Positions 49,901 through 61,556 of a DNA stretch of 64,000 nucleotides are shown here, in pieces (within the stretch, counting starts at the first letter, position 1; every line of letters begins with the position of its first letter). The position numbers were made by a program, and so were the translations under genes. Below the pieces are notes generated by a model, which searched no databases, was not told the DNA's origin, and was given only the letters and a program-made list of their open reading frames with translations. The DNA comes from Octopus sinensis (Eukaryota): positions 92,070,001-92,134,000 of the forward strand of contig NC_043005.1 of NCBI RefSeq assembly GCF_006345805.1, written 5' to 3'.

Positions 49901-52900
49901 TTTTTTTTAATTGGTAAGAAAATATATTTTTCTATGTTTTTATTGATCTTTATTCTTTGACCCACTAAGTTACAGGAAGTAAATATTAACACACACACAC
50001 ACACACATACATATAATACACACATACGCACAACAGCCTTCTATACAATTTCTATCAAATTTGACTAACAAGGTATTGGTTAATTCAAGGAGCAGCACAG
50101 TGGGATTGAATTGAAAACTCAGAAGTTGCAAAATTAAACTCTTTCACCACACAACCACGCCTGTACCTATTTGTTTCTTTTATTATCTGTTATGGTTAAA
50201 TAGTTAAGAAGTTTGTTTCTTATTCACAAGATTCCAGGCTCGTTCCCATTGCATGCTATCAGAAGCAAATATTTTTGATAGCATCAGGTTGACCCATACA
50301 TTGGAAGTAAAATTAGTGAGATGGAAACTGTACGGAAGCTCACCTGATGGATTTGTACCAGTAATTCAAAAGATATAGTTTTGTTATGCTGTGTAATGTT
50401 GATTCTGACTCAGAATTACATTAACCCATTAGCATTTAAACCAGGTTTTGGTCAATAATATCAATCCCAGCACTTAGTTTGGTACTCATTCTATTGATAT
50501 TTATTTATGAAACAGATAATTGTTTATATGTGTGTGTATGTATGTATGTATACATGCACACAAAGGGATTCATCATAGTTTCTTCTAGCAATTTCTGCTT
50601 AAAGCATTGGTCAACCCAAGGCTACAGTAGACACTTGCACAAGTAGTAATGTTCTGGAATTAAACCTGAAACAACATAGTTATGAAGCAAACCTCTCATC
50701 CACAGAGTCCTGCATGTTTCCATATATTTGGTTCAAAACAACCAGCCAGGAGGATGCTGGCTTGATTCCTGTAAGTAGCACAGTACTGTGTCTTTGGCTA
50801 AGGACACTTAACTCACAAATGACGAGTTCACCTGGCTGTAAATAAGTACCATGGGGATTCAATTCATTATGCTGAACAATGTGAGGATTTTGGCAAGTGC
50901 CAGTACTTGTCATACAGAAAAAAATTACCATTTTTTTAATGAGAATTGGCAAAGTTATCAGAGTGTCAGAATACTTTGTGATATTTTCCCCTAATTCTCT
51001 GCACTCTGTTCAAATTCAGATAAGGTCAACTTTCGTCCTTTTGGAATTGATAAATAAAGTAAGTACCAAGGCAGAGCAATGAATTAAAGTATAATTATCA
51101 GAATTTCTGATTTGATGCCTTTCACAATCTGTTCCAGTTCTGTATGGTCTGAGTTCAAATCCTGCCTTTTATACTAGGAGGAAAAAAAAATGGTAACACT
51201 TCTATCTGGAATTACAACCAACAGATAATATCCACAGTGGAAAAAAACCCAAAATTACTGCCACCATATTTTTTTATCTTACATCAAATGCTACAACTAA
51301 ACTGATAAAAGCCTAACTCCAATCTTCTGTATCACATGCTTAGAACTCCTACTTCCCTTCAAATTTTATATATACTTAAAATATTACTATTTTTTTATAT
51401 TCACAGGGGTGTCATCAACATGGTATATTATGGACTTCTGTTTAGCTCAGGAGACTTGACTAGTAATTTATATCTAAGTTCCTTCCTCTCTGGGTTAGCT
51501 GAGATTCCAGCATATATCATCCTTCTATTCACTCTGGACAGACTTGGAAGAAAACCTCTTTATTGCACATCTACTATTTTATCAGGGATTGCTTGCATTG
51601 TTTCAGGTTTTGCTCATGTGTGGGGTAAAGGTAATTATTATTTTTTTTAAAATTCTTGTTCAGACTAGAAGTTCTCTTTCTGTAAATCCTGACACTTAGG
51701 AAAACACAACTCTGGAGTAGATCAGATAGCACTAATCTAAATAATGTCTCCAAATTTTGGTGCAAGACCAGTAATTTTGGTGTCTCAAGAATTCTATTTA
51801 AGAAAATTGCTTATATACGAAAGTAGATGGCAAGGAGACCAATTTTGAAATGATGTTAGCAAAAAAAAATAATAAATAAAATAAAGGTAAAATAAAGGTA
51901 AACATTGAAAATATAGCCTGAAAAAATAAATATTGAAAAGATAAATAAAATATAATAAAGCTATTTAAAAAATTATATATTAACAAATAGATAAATAAAT
52001 AGGTACATAAATCTCTACTTACTAATAAAGAGTTAAATTATTTGAAAATTAACACATATGATATATAAGGCAATTAGATGTGTAGCAAGGATATTTGGCT
52101 GAATCCCCAAACCCAAATCAATGCATTTGAAAATAAAGACACAATCAAGGTTTTGTTAGAGAGAGATGACATTAACAAACAACTGACCAGTCAAATCTCT
52201 TGTGGAAATCATTGTGTCTAAACACAAAAAACATCTAAGCCACACAAATGTAATTCACTCAATGATTGGTAATGTCAGCAAAGAATTGACCAATCAAATC
52301 CCTGGTATAGGCAAGAGGTCATTAATATTTTGTTTTTGGCACCCTTTTCTCTCTCTCTATAGATTTGTCTGTCAGCTAATTTCCAATGTGTTTGCTAAAT
52401 CATCTCTGGGATTCTCTTTTCTTTTGTCAATTTTTCCCCAATGTCATCATGACTTCATCAGTCTCTGAAACCAACCAAAGTATATCTTCATTACACTGGT
52501 GATTACCAAATCGAAATATTCTTATTGTTACAGATAAAATATGTACCCATTGAATTGTGAATCACAACAGTATGATGTCTTATCTTTAATCATTAGAGGG
52601 ATGGGATCAGATAAAACAAAATACTTTGATAATTAAACCACTATCTTTTATATCAACTATGAATCAGAGGTGAAATCTACTAAAGCACCATAAATGGTAG
52701 CTCATTAAATGAAATCAACTCTAAATTTTAGTTTTGCATCATAAACAGAATGGATAATTTTATATTTCAAGGTGTGATACACAGCAGTTATTAACTGATA
52801 TTATAAAAATGGCAAAGGCAGCAGGAATCTGATAGAATCCTTACCATATTGGACAAAAAGCTAAGCAGCATTTTTTTAGGCTTCACATTCTGTGTTCAAA

Positions 52901-55900
52901 TACCACCAAGGTCAACTTTGCCTTTCGTCTTTTCAGGGTCAAAAATGTATCAGATGAGCAACTACGGTTAATAGAATTGATTATTCTCCTTCCCAAAAAT
53001 TTCAGTCCTTGTGTCTATAGAAGAAAGAATTATTATAAAATGGTTAGCTGGCAGAATCATTAGAGTATTGGATGAAAATGCTTTGTAGTGCATGTTACAA
53101 CTCTTTACATTAAGTGTTCAAATCTTACTAAGGTCAACATTTTGTCTTTTATCTTTTGGGGGTTAACAAAATATAGTGCCAGCTAAATCAATGAGTCAAT
53201 GGTATTAACCTCCACCCCCTCAAAATTGCTGGCCTTGTGTCTAAATTAGAAATGGTTATTATAAAAAAAGATAATATTCAACTCAGTGTTACAGATTTGT
53301 GAAGCATTTACTCCCAAACTATTTTGTGTTAGAAAAAAAAAAAAAGAAACTGTTAAAGTCACTTATGCAAGGGAGATCACTCCTTGTATCCTTGCTACCT
53401 TCAAAAACTGTTAGCCATGTAAATATACCCAAAGACTTAGCACAGCAGTCTTTGTATAAATTCATTTTCTCAATACCCCATCTCCATTCATCAAAATATA
53501 AAAATGCAAAAAATGCAACTGAAAATGTTAGCCTTTTACATATTAAGGGATATACAGGATATATGAATTTGGATTTAATTATGCAGGTGCAAGTGACAAC
53601 AAAGTATTAATGTTGAAATTTGGGTTTTTATCGTTTATCATTTATTACCTTCCGCTAGGCTTTATGAATCTTTCTCACAGATCAACATAGAGAAAGCGTA
53701 TGTGTGTGTGTGTGTGCATGCCCATGTGTATGTGTGTGTGTATATATATACACACACACACACATGTAGTTGCCATGGTAGATCGGTAACCACTACACAC
53801 ATTTTTTTCTCTCCTTTTTTTCTCTCCTTGTTTTTTTCTGTGTCCCTTTCTGCAGAAGAGCACAGGCTCAAAACGTAAAAGACTTTTTCTATTCCTGAGC
53901 GTTATACTAATACATCTGTTTGTTTTGTACACCACCTGTCTTCATCTTTTGTTTTTTTCGTGAACTCTCCCCATATATATATATATATATATATATGATG
54001 AGCAGAGGGTTATATAATTGGATCGTTACCTAGCACTTCATTGTACCCCTAGTGTGAAACCAATTGGTAACATCAGCCATGATAGATAAATAATACTGTA
54101 CACTTTGGGTAATATATATATATATATATCTGTGTGTGTGTGTGTGTCTGAATTTATATTAACATTGCTTTGTACTAATAACGATATATGGCACCCACCA
54201 CCAATAGTGGTAACAATAACTAACCAGTTAACCTAAGACAACTTATCTATATTTACTGCTATCTGTACAAACACTGCTGTACTAATGCTAGTACAGTACC
54301 CACGTCCAATGGAGGTAGCAAATGTAACATGAACAATGGTGGATTAAATATGAAGACAAGTGTTATGTCATGTCTGGCAAATGCTCATTACAACCTTCTT
54401 TGCATATACCGATAGCCATAGTTACCTCTGCTTCCCCACACATTCCCTTAGCGTTAGGACTGTCAATGTAGGTACATTGAATGGTAGGTCTGGTGAGATT
54501 GTTGAGATGCTTGAAAAGAGATGTGTTGATGTGTGCTGCATCCAAGAAGTCTAGTGGAAGGGAGCTTCATCCAGGTTCCTCACTGACAAAAGGCACAGGT
54601 ATAAATTCTTCTGGGAGGGCAACACTGATGGGATAGGAGGTGTTCGCATACTTCTAGCAGAGAAATGGGTAAATAAGGTGATTGAAGCGCTCAGAATATG
54701 TGATAGGCTACTTATGCTTAGATTAGTTATGGTGAACAATCATCTGAGCCTGTGCCCCACAACTGGGTCTGCCAAATGATCAAAAGGACTGCTTTTATGA
54801 CACTCTTTTGCAGGTCACTTCGAAGATAAATGACAGTGACCTTATCTTCATGGCTGGTATTTCAGTGGACATGTTGGGCAGCACCCAGGTGTCTTTTATG
54901 AGGTGCATGGGGGCCATGGAATTGGTTCTTTAAACAAGGAAGGAAAAAAGGTTGTTAGAGTTCAGTGTTGCAAATGACCTAATGATCTGCAACACCAATT
55001 TCTGAAAGCCAGCCAGTCACCTGGTAATTTATAAATCCAGTGACCCTTCTAGCCAGATTAACTACATTCTCACTAGAGAAAAGGATTCATGGTTGTTCTT
55101 TATTGCAAAGGCTTTCCTTGGTGAAGAATGTACCCCCCAATATAGATTATTCATTAGTGACTTCAAGCTACAGGCACGAAGGCAGGCCATGCAGGTAGGC
55201 ACTAAAGTCCACCCTGCGTTCTGACCCACCAGTTGACCCGAACAGTTGGGCAAAGTGCTGTTGAAAGGCCTCACACATCCTTTTGAGCTCGAGTAATTTA
55301 CATCCCTCATCATCTGTCAGAGACCCAATGATGGCTTTGTTGCCTTGTTGCGCCTTTGCCACTCAAGCCTCTTGGGTGGCTCCAATTCCTTTGTTTCTCA
55401 GAGCATGCATCCAAGCTCTAACAATGCATCCTTTCTGTTTGGTTTTGAATTGTTGGTCGAGAGCTAACCTCTTCTAATTTCTTAATTAGGTCTCCCTCTG
55501 TTCTATTTCGATCTATCACTAGAGCCTTACCGTACCTAACTGATTCTGCTTTAATTACTTTCTTTAGGGCATACCACCATCAATTATTGATGTTGGCTCC
55601 CTCTTAACTAATGTGCTAATCCGGTCTCTGTAAGCCTGTCACACTGTGAATGACACATTCAGTTTCCAGCAACTGGGATTCTGCCAATGATTCTTTTCTA
55701 AGTCAAGTGTACAAGTCACAAATTTGTGATCTGTGTAACTGACTATATGAAACTGTGGACAACCTACACTATCCCTATCCATTGTCCTACAGAATACTTT
55801 ATCTAAATATGATCTGGACGACCCAATGCAGTTGCTTCATGCCCACATTGGCACAAACGGGTGGTCCAGTCGGTACCTGTCAGACAGTTGGAAATGTTTG

Positions 55901-58900
55901 AGCAGGTTTTGAGCCATTTACATCCCTTCTATTCCTATCTCTACCCATGTAGTCTAGATGCCTGTCCAAGGTAGTGTTCCAATACCCCACTAAAAGTAAA
56001 GGTCATTGTTGGCAGTGGTGGAAATTCTCATTCTAATTCAAAGATGGTAATGCTAGCAGTCTTAGAAGGACTGTCCATTTTTCTGGACAGATGAAAAAAC
56101 TTTTTATGAAATAAAATTTGAAAATTTGAAAATTCACCCTTTAAAGGGTAAATTCTCAAGTGAAAGCCTCGCTCAAGTGAAATGCTAAAATGTGGTTAGA
56201 CACCTTTTTAACAGACATAAATACAGATGCACATAAATAAAACCGAAAGATTACTTGAACTTATGGAGGTTGATGTGACAATCAGCCGATAGGTATGTAG
56301 GTAAGCAGACAGGCAGGCAGGCAGGATGGAAGGAAGGAAGGAAGAGGGATTAAAGAATCCAGGCAGATATCTATAAATTACTCAGTGTTGAATGAATATT
56401 GTTAACTATATCCAACAATTAGTAAGGTGGCAAGTTGGCAGAGTGGTTAGCACACCGGGCGAAATGCTTAGTGGTATTTCGTCTGTCGTTACATTCTGAG
56501 TTCAAATTCTGCCAAGGTTGACTTTGCCTTTCATCCTTTTGGGGTCGATAAATAAAGTACCAGTTATGCACTGGGATTGATGTAATCAACTTAAACCCTT
56601 TGTCTGTCCTTGTTTGTCCCCTCTATGTTTAGCCCCTTGTGGGCAATAAAGAAATATATATCCAACAATTAGACATCAATAAATGCAAGTAGAATAAACA
56701 TCCAATGTATTTTTTCATGCATGACAAGTTAATCTGAATATTGTTTATAAGAATTTCAAGAAATTCAGAATAAAAGACAGCAAAAATAAGAATAGAGGAA
56801 ATTCTATCTTTACCATACAACACCAATGATGATAATGCTCTTTCAGTATTTTCTTTAATTGTGTTTTGCATTTGCTTTTTTTGGGTTTTTTTCACTTTTT
56901 ATTAATTTAATTCTTTTCCCCATTCTTTCATCCTTTTCTATATTTCAGATTTACCTTGGATTTCAACAACTCTGGCCTTAGTTGGAAAATTTGCTATCTC
57001 TTCCAGTTTTGCTATTATTTTTAATCTAACAACAGAATTGTTTCCAACAGTGGTACGGAACTCAGCTCTTGGACTAAGTTCTTCAGTTGGCAGAGTAGGC
57101 AGTATGTTGGCACCTTACATCATGCTCAGCGTAAGAAGAATTTCTCTCGTTAGCAAATTGAATTGCTGTTTTGCTCATCTCTTTGACTCTTTTACTTGTT
57201 TCAGTCATTTGACTGCGGCCATGCTGGAGCACCACCTTTAGTTGAGCAAATTGACCCCAGGCCTTATTCTTTGGAAGCCTAGTTCTTATTCTATCAGTCT
57301 CTTTTGCCGAACCGCTAAGTTACGGGGACATAAACACACCAGCATCGATTATTAGGCAATGTTGGGAGGACAAACACAGACACACAAACATATACACACA
57401 CACATATATATACATATATGACAGACTTCTTTCAGTTTCCGTCTACCAAATCCACTCACAGGGCTTTGGTCAGCCCGAGGCTATAGTAGAAGACACTTGC
57501 CCAAGGTGCCATGCAGTGAGAATGAACCCGGAACCATGTGGTTGGTAAGCAAGCTACTTACCAAACAGCCACTCCTACGCCTTTCAGTTTCTTTCATTTC
57601 TACTCTCTATTAAATTTGAAGATACTACTTTCAAGTAGTACCTTGAGTGGTTGGCCTCAGGAAGGGCATCCAGCTGAAGAAACCAAGCCAAAACAGATTC
57701 TGGAACCTGATGTGATTCCTAGGCTTGCCAGTTCCTATCAAGCCATCCAACCCATGCCAGCATGGAAAACGGACGTTAAACGTTGATGATGATGATTATG
57801 ATAATACTTTCTGCTTTATGCTTTTGATAGGTGCAGGTGTGGCTGTGTGGTGAAGAAGCTTGCTTCCCAACCATGTGATCTTGGGTTCAGTCCCACTGTG
57901 TGGCATCTCAGGCAAATGTCTTCTACTATAGCCTCGGGTTAATCAAAGTTTTGCAAGTGGATTTGGTTAACAGAAACATAAGCACGCCGGGCAAAATGCT
58001 TTGCAGTATTTCGTCTGCTGCTACGTTCTGAGCTCAAATTCCGCCAAAGTCAACTTTGTCTTTCATCCTTTCAGGGTCGATTAAATAAGTACCAGTTATG
58101 CACTGGGGTCGATGTAATCGACTTAATCTGTTTGTCTGTCCTTTTTTGTCCCCTCTGTGTTTAGCCCCTTGTGGGTAGTAAAGAAATAAGAAACTGAAGG
58201 CAGCCCATCGTACGTGTGTGTGTGTGCTCTTGTTTAGATGTCATGTGCTGCTTATAGATGAGTATCATCATCATATAGGTGAGTTTGTTCATTTCAAGTC
58301 TTCCATAAAAAAACATGTTCAGCTATGGGGAAATATGACTTGCTTGACAACGGGTGAGGGTCGATGACAGGAAGAGCATCCAACTATAGAAAATTTGCCT
58401 CAACAAATTCGCTTGAGCCATGCAAAGCATGGAAAAAGAGGACATTAAATGATGATGATGATGGCTGGGTTTAGATCTTTGTCTTCGTTCGCCTTTTATA
58501 AATCACACCTCTGACTCATCAGTTGATTAAAATACAATTTACTGAATTAACCATTGAGTGATAAATGGTTGAAGTAACAATTAATCAAATGATAACAAAT
58601 AGGTGCAGGAGTAGCTGTGTGGTAAGTAGCTTGCTTACCAACCACGTGGTTCCGGGTTCAGTCCCACTGTGTGGCAGAATGGTTAGCACACCAGACAAAG
58701 CGCTGCCAAAATGGTTAGCACACCAGGTGAAGTTGCCATGGTCAACTGTGTCTTTGATACTTTCAGGGTCGATAAAATAAATACCTGTTGACCACTTGGG
58801 CTGATGTAATCAATTTAGCCCTTTCTTCAGAATTGCTGGTCTTGTGCCAAAATTTGAAATCAATATTAATTTTCTGAAAGTGAGGACACTATTTATTTGA

Positions 58901-61144
58901 GTATGAGCACTGATATTTCAGCTGTATCTGTTAAGCTAACGGATCAACTTCAGTTGTGAAAATTGTGTGAGAAAGGTCTGTTATATTACTGTCATTGAAG
59001 CTTTTAATAAAATGAATCTCTTTAACTAATTTATGCATTTATTGCATTTTTATTCTGTTCAATAACTCCTGTAAATTATAGAGGTTATTTTTAAAGTAAT
59101 GAATTAAAAAAAAATTTAATTATGTTTACTCTTGAATATTTTAAACCAGCCTTTTCCTTCTTTAGTCACTAAACTCTGCTTGCGAAGACCTGTTGAGGCA
59201 AGTGAAACCAAAATCAAATTCGACAACTGGCATCCATGTTAGCGGGGTACAAAGAGTGCCAAAAGACCACCATAGGAGGGTGATCATTGACAGAGCGGCT
59301 AACAGGCTTCTGTGCCAGTGGCGCATAAAAGGGCACCATTCGAGTGTGATCATTACCAGCATCACCTTACTGGCACTTGTGCCCATGCTAGTAGGGTGCC
59401 AAGAGCACCATCCGAGAGTGATCGTTGCCAGAGCAGCCAACTGGCTTCTGTGCCGGTGGCACGTAAAAGGGCACCATTCGAGCGTGATCGTTACCAACAT
59501 CGCCTTACTGGCACCTGTGCCGGTGGCATGTGTAAAAAGATTCGAGCAATTTCATTGCCAGTACCGCCTGACTGGCCCCTGTGCCGGTGGCATGTAAAAA
59601 GCACCTACTACACTCTCAGAGTGACTGGTGTTAGGAAGGGCATCCAGCTGTAGAAACTCTGCCAGATCAAGACTGGAGCCTGGTGCAGCCATCTGGTTCA
59701 CCAGCCCTCAGTTAAAATCGTCCAACCCATGCTAGCATGGAAAGTGGACGTTAAATGATGATGATTCAGATATACAACATGTTCAAACAACATACAGAGC
59801 TATACTTCATTCCAAGTATATTAGTTTGTTCTTTTAGCTTTTGGAGTATTAGTAATAATAAAAAAGATGTGACACTCCTATGTGTATGAAGAGTGAATTT
59901 TGAGGTGCAAAAAGTGCATGAGTATTCACCTACCACTTATTCAATCAACACTACCACCACACACATTTCTGTATTCCTTCATAACTTGCAGCATTATTTA
60001 TTTCACATTCTTGTGCAACACACGTAACTTTTCTTGCCAACCCAAACTTTTATGCCCAACGAAAAAAGAAAAAATGTATATATATATATGTAATTTATTT
60101 AATGAATATATTGTGCTTCAAATTTCAGGGAAATCACATACCATCCAAATTTGGTCCTTCATTACCATTTATTATGTTTGGTGTTGTGTCTGTAATAGCT
60201 GGATTCTTGTCACTGCTTCTTCCTGAGACACGAGGTCAGAATTTGCCAGAAACAATAAAAGATGGAGAATTAATGGGAAGGTATGTATTATTTGTAATTT
60301 AGGGATCCGAAAACACTTCTTCTTATTACACTAACCCTTTCTCTCTCTCTCTCTCTCTCTCCCCCTCTCTCTCTTCCCCCCTCTCTCTCTACCTTCCTAC
60401 CTGTCTGTCTGTTTCTCAGCTCCATTTTCCGCAGTAATTCAGTGATCATCATACAACATAATTCCTCTAAATTCTATCTCTCTTATGCTTACTTCAACTT
60501 CTTGGCGCTTTCACTTTCTTTTGCCGTCTTCTTCTCCATCACTCTTCGTCCACTTTTCTCCCTCTGTTTTGCTTTCTATCCTCTTCTCTCTCTCTCTCCT
60601 CCCTCCTCCTCTCCAGTTCACTTTCACCCTCTTCTCATTCATTCTATTTTTCTTTCATTTTACATTGTCTAACTTCACATTGTTAGTGATAGACTAGTGT
60701 CCTCTCCAGAAATCAAGCTTCTTACCATATTGCCATGCTGTGTGGTAAGAAGCTTAACTCTACACCACGTGGTTTCATGTTCGATTCCACTGTGTGGCAC
60801 CTTGAGCAAGTATCTTCTACAATAACCCCAGGCTAACCAAAGCCTTGTGGGTGAATTTGGTAGGTGAAAACTGAAAGAAGCCTGAAGTATATATATTTAT
60901 TTATATATGTATTGGCTTCTTTCAGTTTCCATCTACCAAATTGTGCGTGTGTGTCTTTGTGTCTGACCCCAACGCCACTTACCAACTAGTGTTGGTTTCT
61001 TTACATTTCTGTAACTTAGCAGTTTGGCAAGGGAGACCAAAGGAATAAATACCAGGCTTAAAAAAATACTGGGGTCAGTTCGTTCAGCTAAACCCTTGAA
61101 GGCAGTGCCCCAGCATGGTTGTAGTCTGATGACTGAAAGAGCTG

Positions 61145-61178
<34 letters not shown>

Positions 61179-61556
61179 ACAGAATCCTGTTTCTGTGCTG
61201 TTATTTTTATATATGAATACAGCAATTCAGGTTTAATTCTTGATATTAGGAACTTTGCCAAATATTTTGGTTTATAGACAAGTTAATAATTTTTATCACT
61301 CCTGCCTTTCTTAGAATTATTACAATGAATGAGATGCACTTAGTTTGTTACCCACTCATTTAGAAAGCTGAAAATATTTACTGCTTAAAATATCTCACCT
61401 GCAAACATTTTATTGTTTATACACAGTCACAATACTTTTATAAAAATAACTTTTCAAATAAGTTTCAATTTCAAAATTACTTTGTTTTAGTGTATATTAT
61501 TATTATTTTTTCTATTCTTTTACAGGACAGGAACAAACAACACTAAGGGCTATTGA
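26265..61556 (+). CDS. SLC22-family (organic cation/carnitine transporter, Orct-like) MFS transporter; 10 coding exons, 547 aa
   Basis: Hand-assembled exons of 191+217+104+155+169+219+224+182+152+31 = 1644 nt, with GT-AG introns, consistent phases and no internal stop. SLC22 hallmarks: GGFGRYQ; four Cys in the large first extracellular loop (RC, HC, PC, DLVC) with N-glycosylation sequons NDT and NNS; SDWKGRR; ESPRW; DRLGRK; [10 protein letters not shown]; [11 protein letters not shown]. The 104- and 155-nt exons match the exon sizes I recall for vertebrate SLC22 genes. The paralog cannot be named from sequence alone. Confidence 0.93.
27884..28453. mobile_element. MITE/foldback-like element with imperfect terminal and subterminal inverted repeats
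   Basis: ACAGTACTGGGCAAGACTTCC at the left versus the reverse complement ACAGTACAGGGAAAGACTTCC at the right; inner CCCCATTTT..TACGG arms; GGTTAGGG core at 28243-28262. Confidence 0.55.
28516..28572 (-). ncRNA. Inverted, core-mutated copy of the 28611 hammerhead
   Basis: Minus strand reads UGGGAU-CUGAUGA-CACGCCGUAAGCACUUUAUGGAUGU-AACA-CCCAGGG-UA-AUCGCA (GAAA changed to AACA). Confidence 0.75.
28611..28673 (+). ncRNA. Type I hammerhead ribozyme motif, sense strand of SLC22 intron 1
   Basis: UGGGAU-CUGAUGA-U-ACG.CUGUAAAG/CUUUAUGG.U.CGU-GAAA-CCCAGGG-UA|AUCCCA; 6 bp perfect stem I; predicted cleavage after 28667. Confidence 0.82.
30935..30979 (-). ncRNA. Hammerhead motif in inverted pLTR (stem I 5' arm damaged)
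   Basis: GGAGUA-CUGAUGA-A-GUCAC.AGAAGU.GUGAC-GAAA-GAAC-UC-UGGCC. Confidence 0.55.
31788..31830 (+). ncRNA. Degenerate sister hammerhead in direct pLTR
   Basis: GGUCCA-CUGAUGA-GGUCAC.AGAA.GUGAGAU-GAAA-GAAC-UC-CAGCU; homologous to the 30935 copy. Confidence 0.45.
31976..32010 (+). ncRNA. Degenerate minimal hammerhead
   Basis: GUUU-CUGAUGA-A-GAGC.UCU.GCUU-GAAA-CAU-UA-AAU. Confidence 0.4.
33277..35584 (-). mobile_element. Hero-like (R2-superfamily, RLE-type) non-LTR retrotransposon, frameshifted, 3'-truncated before the endonuclease
   Basis: N-terminal C2H2 finger (CCGKVF...LRIHQRKVC); RT motifs [41 protein letters not shown] in the 400-aa ORF 33277-34479. Confidence 0.85.
36792..37155. repeat. 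Fold-back duplication of a SINE-B head around (TA)n
   Basis: Both arms share the non-consensus end GTATCTTCAGTGTCTCTGTGTGCTGTG. Confidence 0.9.
37224..37268 (+). ncRNA. Degenerate hammerhead motif
   Basis: CACAUG-CUGAGGA-A-GGGU.AACC.ACCC-A-GAAA-CUCAAG-CC-CAUGUG; stems I and II perfect, but the cleavage triplet is GCC rather than GUH. Confidence 0.55.
37755..38150 (+). mobile_element. SINE family B copy; further copies near 32940-33275(+), 37480-37720(-), 57200-57570(-), 57830-57965(+), 60735-61145(+)
   Basis: Sequence similarity to 9583-9987. Confidence 0.8.
38480..38696 (+). CDS. SLC22 exon 2 ([10 protein letters not shown]...PGTAATE), extracellular loop
   Basis: TGTAG acceptor; CRSWVYD motif; donor GAA|GTAGGT. 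Confidence 0.9.
40149..40518. repeat. Near-perfect fold-back palindrome, arms of about 165 bp with an AT-rich spacer
   Basis: AAGTAAAAAGTGCATCATGAACC...GGAAAAATT / AATTTTTCC...GGTTCATGACACACTTTTTACTT. Confidence 0.93.
41240..42890 (+). mobile_element. Second Hero-like non-LTR retrotransposon, degraded, truncated in RT
   Basis: [17 protein letters not shown] finger; IKWP; NPFKFTK; YKNCPKL; AEGVWI.KEE; [10 protein letters not shown]; multiple stops and frameshifts. Confidence 0.85.
43398..43775 (+). mobile_element. Non-autonomous Helitron-type element
   Basis: 5' TC, subterminal hairpin CCTGAGCAACGCCGGG, 3' CTAG followed by T. Confidence 0.65.
43823..43877 (+). ncRNA. Type I hammerhead ribozyme motif with full stem III, sense strand of SLC22 intron 2
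   Basis: GGAGCUUC-CUGAUGA-UUUC.UCUU.GAAU-GAAA-CAG.UUCUAGUC.CUG-UA|GAAGCUCC; 8 bp stem I, 4 bp stem III, U.U at the base of stem II; predicted cleavage after 43869. Confidence 0.8.
44660..44763 (+). CDS. SLC22 exon 3 ([35 protein letters not shown])
   Basis: TTTTCAG acceptor; 104 nt; donor TG|GTAAGT; not in the ORF track. Confidence 0.92.
45655..46478 (-). mobile_element. Mariner transposon remnant with one TIR, internally deleted and truncated
   Basis: [32 protein letters not shown] motifs; TIR-like TATTGGGTAGGCAACTAAGTTCCC at 46455-46478, ending about 60 bp upstream of exon 4. Confidence 0.85.
46541..46695 (+). CDS. SLC22 exon 4 ([18 protein letters not shown]...[18 protein letters not shown])
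   Basis: CCACAG acceptor; 155 nt; donor G|GTAAG. Confidence 0.92.
48084..48252 (+). CDS. SLC22 exon 5 ([14 protein letters not shown]...ERDWHML...LIYW)
   Basis: TTTTTCAG acceptor; RDW motif; donor TT|GTAAGT. Confidence 0.9.
48566..49039. repeat. Near-perfect fold-back palindrome, arms 48566-48802 / 48813-49039, 10-nt spacer
   Basis: ORF-track mirror translations 48565-48828(+) and 48787-48999(-); differences seen are (CA)n length, one substitution and one homopolymer indel. Confidence 0.95.
49695..49913 (+). CDS. SLC22 exon 6 (FVNESPRWL...RSLIIFFNW)
   Basis: GATAG acceptor; ESPRW motif; donor TG|GTAAG. Confidence 0.92.
51407..51630 (+). CDS. SLC22 exon 7 ([10 protein letters not shown]...DRLGRK...HVWGK)
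   Basis: TCACAG acceptor; YYGL, EIPA and DRLGRK motifs; donor G|GTAAT. Confidence 0.92.
53846..53881 (+). ncRNA. Degenerate minimal hammerhead (two core substitutions)
   Basis: CUUU-CUGCAGA-A-GAGC.ACAG.GCUC-AAAA-CG-UA-AAAG. Confidence 0.35.
53995..54076 (+). ncRNA. Hammerhead remnant, 5' end replaced by (TA)n
   Basis: (AU)n-UGAUGA-GCAGAGGG...CCCCUAGUGU-GAAA-CCAAUUGG-UA-ACAUCAG; palindromic stem III ACCAAUUGGU. Confidence 0.45.
54350..55200 (+). mobile_element. Degraded RTE-clade LINE endonuclease fragment, same family as 63206
   Basis: [27 protein letters not shown]; clear DNA similarity to 63206-63720; stops and frameshifts. Confidence 0.8.
55210..56000 (-). mobile_element. L1/Tx1-clade ORF2 fragment (end of endonuclease plus linker), degraded
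   Basis: Minus-strand [25 protein letters not shown] segments; [16 protein letters not shown]. Confidence 0.65.
56949..57130 (+). CDS. SLC22 exon 8 ([15 protein letters not shown]...[10 protein letters not shown]...APYIMLS)
   Basis: TTTCAG acceptor; GKF and ELFPTVVR motifs; donor AGC|GTAAG. Confidence 0.93.
59165..59765 (+). mobile_element. Retroposon family C copy; further copies near 14955-15105(+), 29555-30035(-), 39390-39655(+), 42965-43385(-), 45470-45620(-), 57630-57800(+)
   Basis: Shared tail and CACCATCCGAG.GTG..CGTT.CCAG internal repeat. Confidence 0.75.
60129..60280 (+). CDS. SLC22 exon 9 ([14 protein letters not shown]...[21 protein letters not shown])
   Basis: TTTCAG acceptor; PET..LPET motif; donor AG|GTATGT. 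Confidence 0.92.
61526..61556 (+). CDS. SLC22 terminal coding exon ([10 protein letters not shown])
   Basis: Long pyrimidine tract plus TTTTACAG acceptor; in phase with exon 9; TGA at 61554-61556; candidate AATAAA at 61906-61911. Confidence 0.7.
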
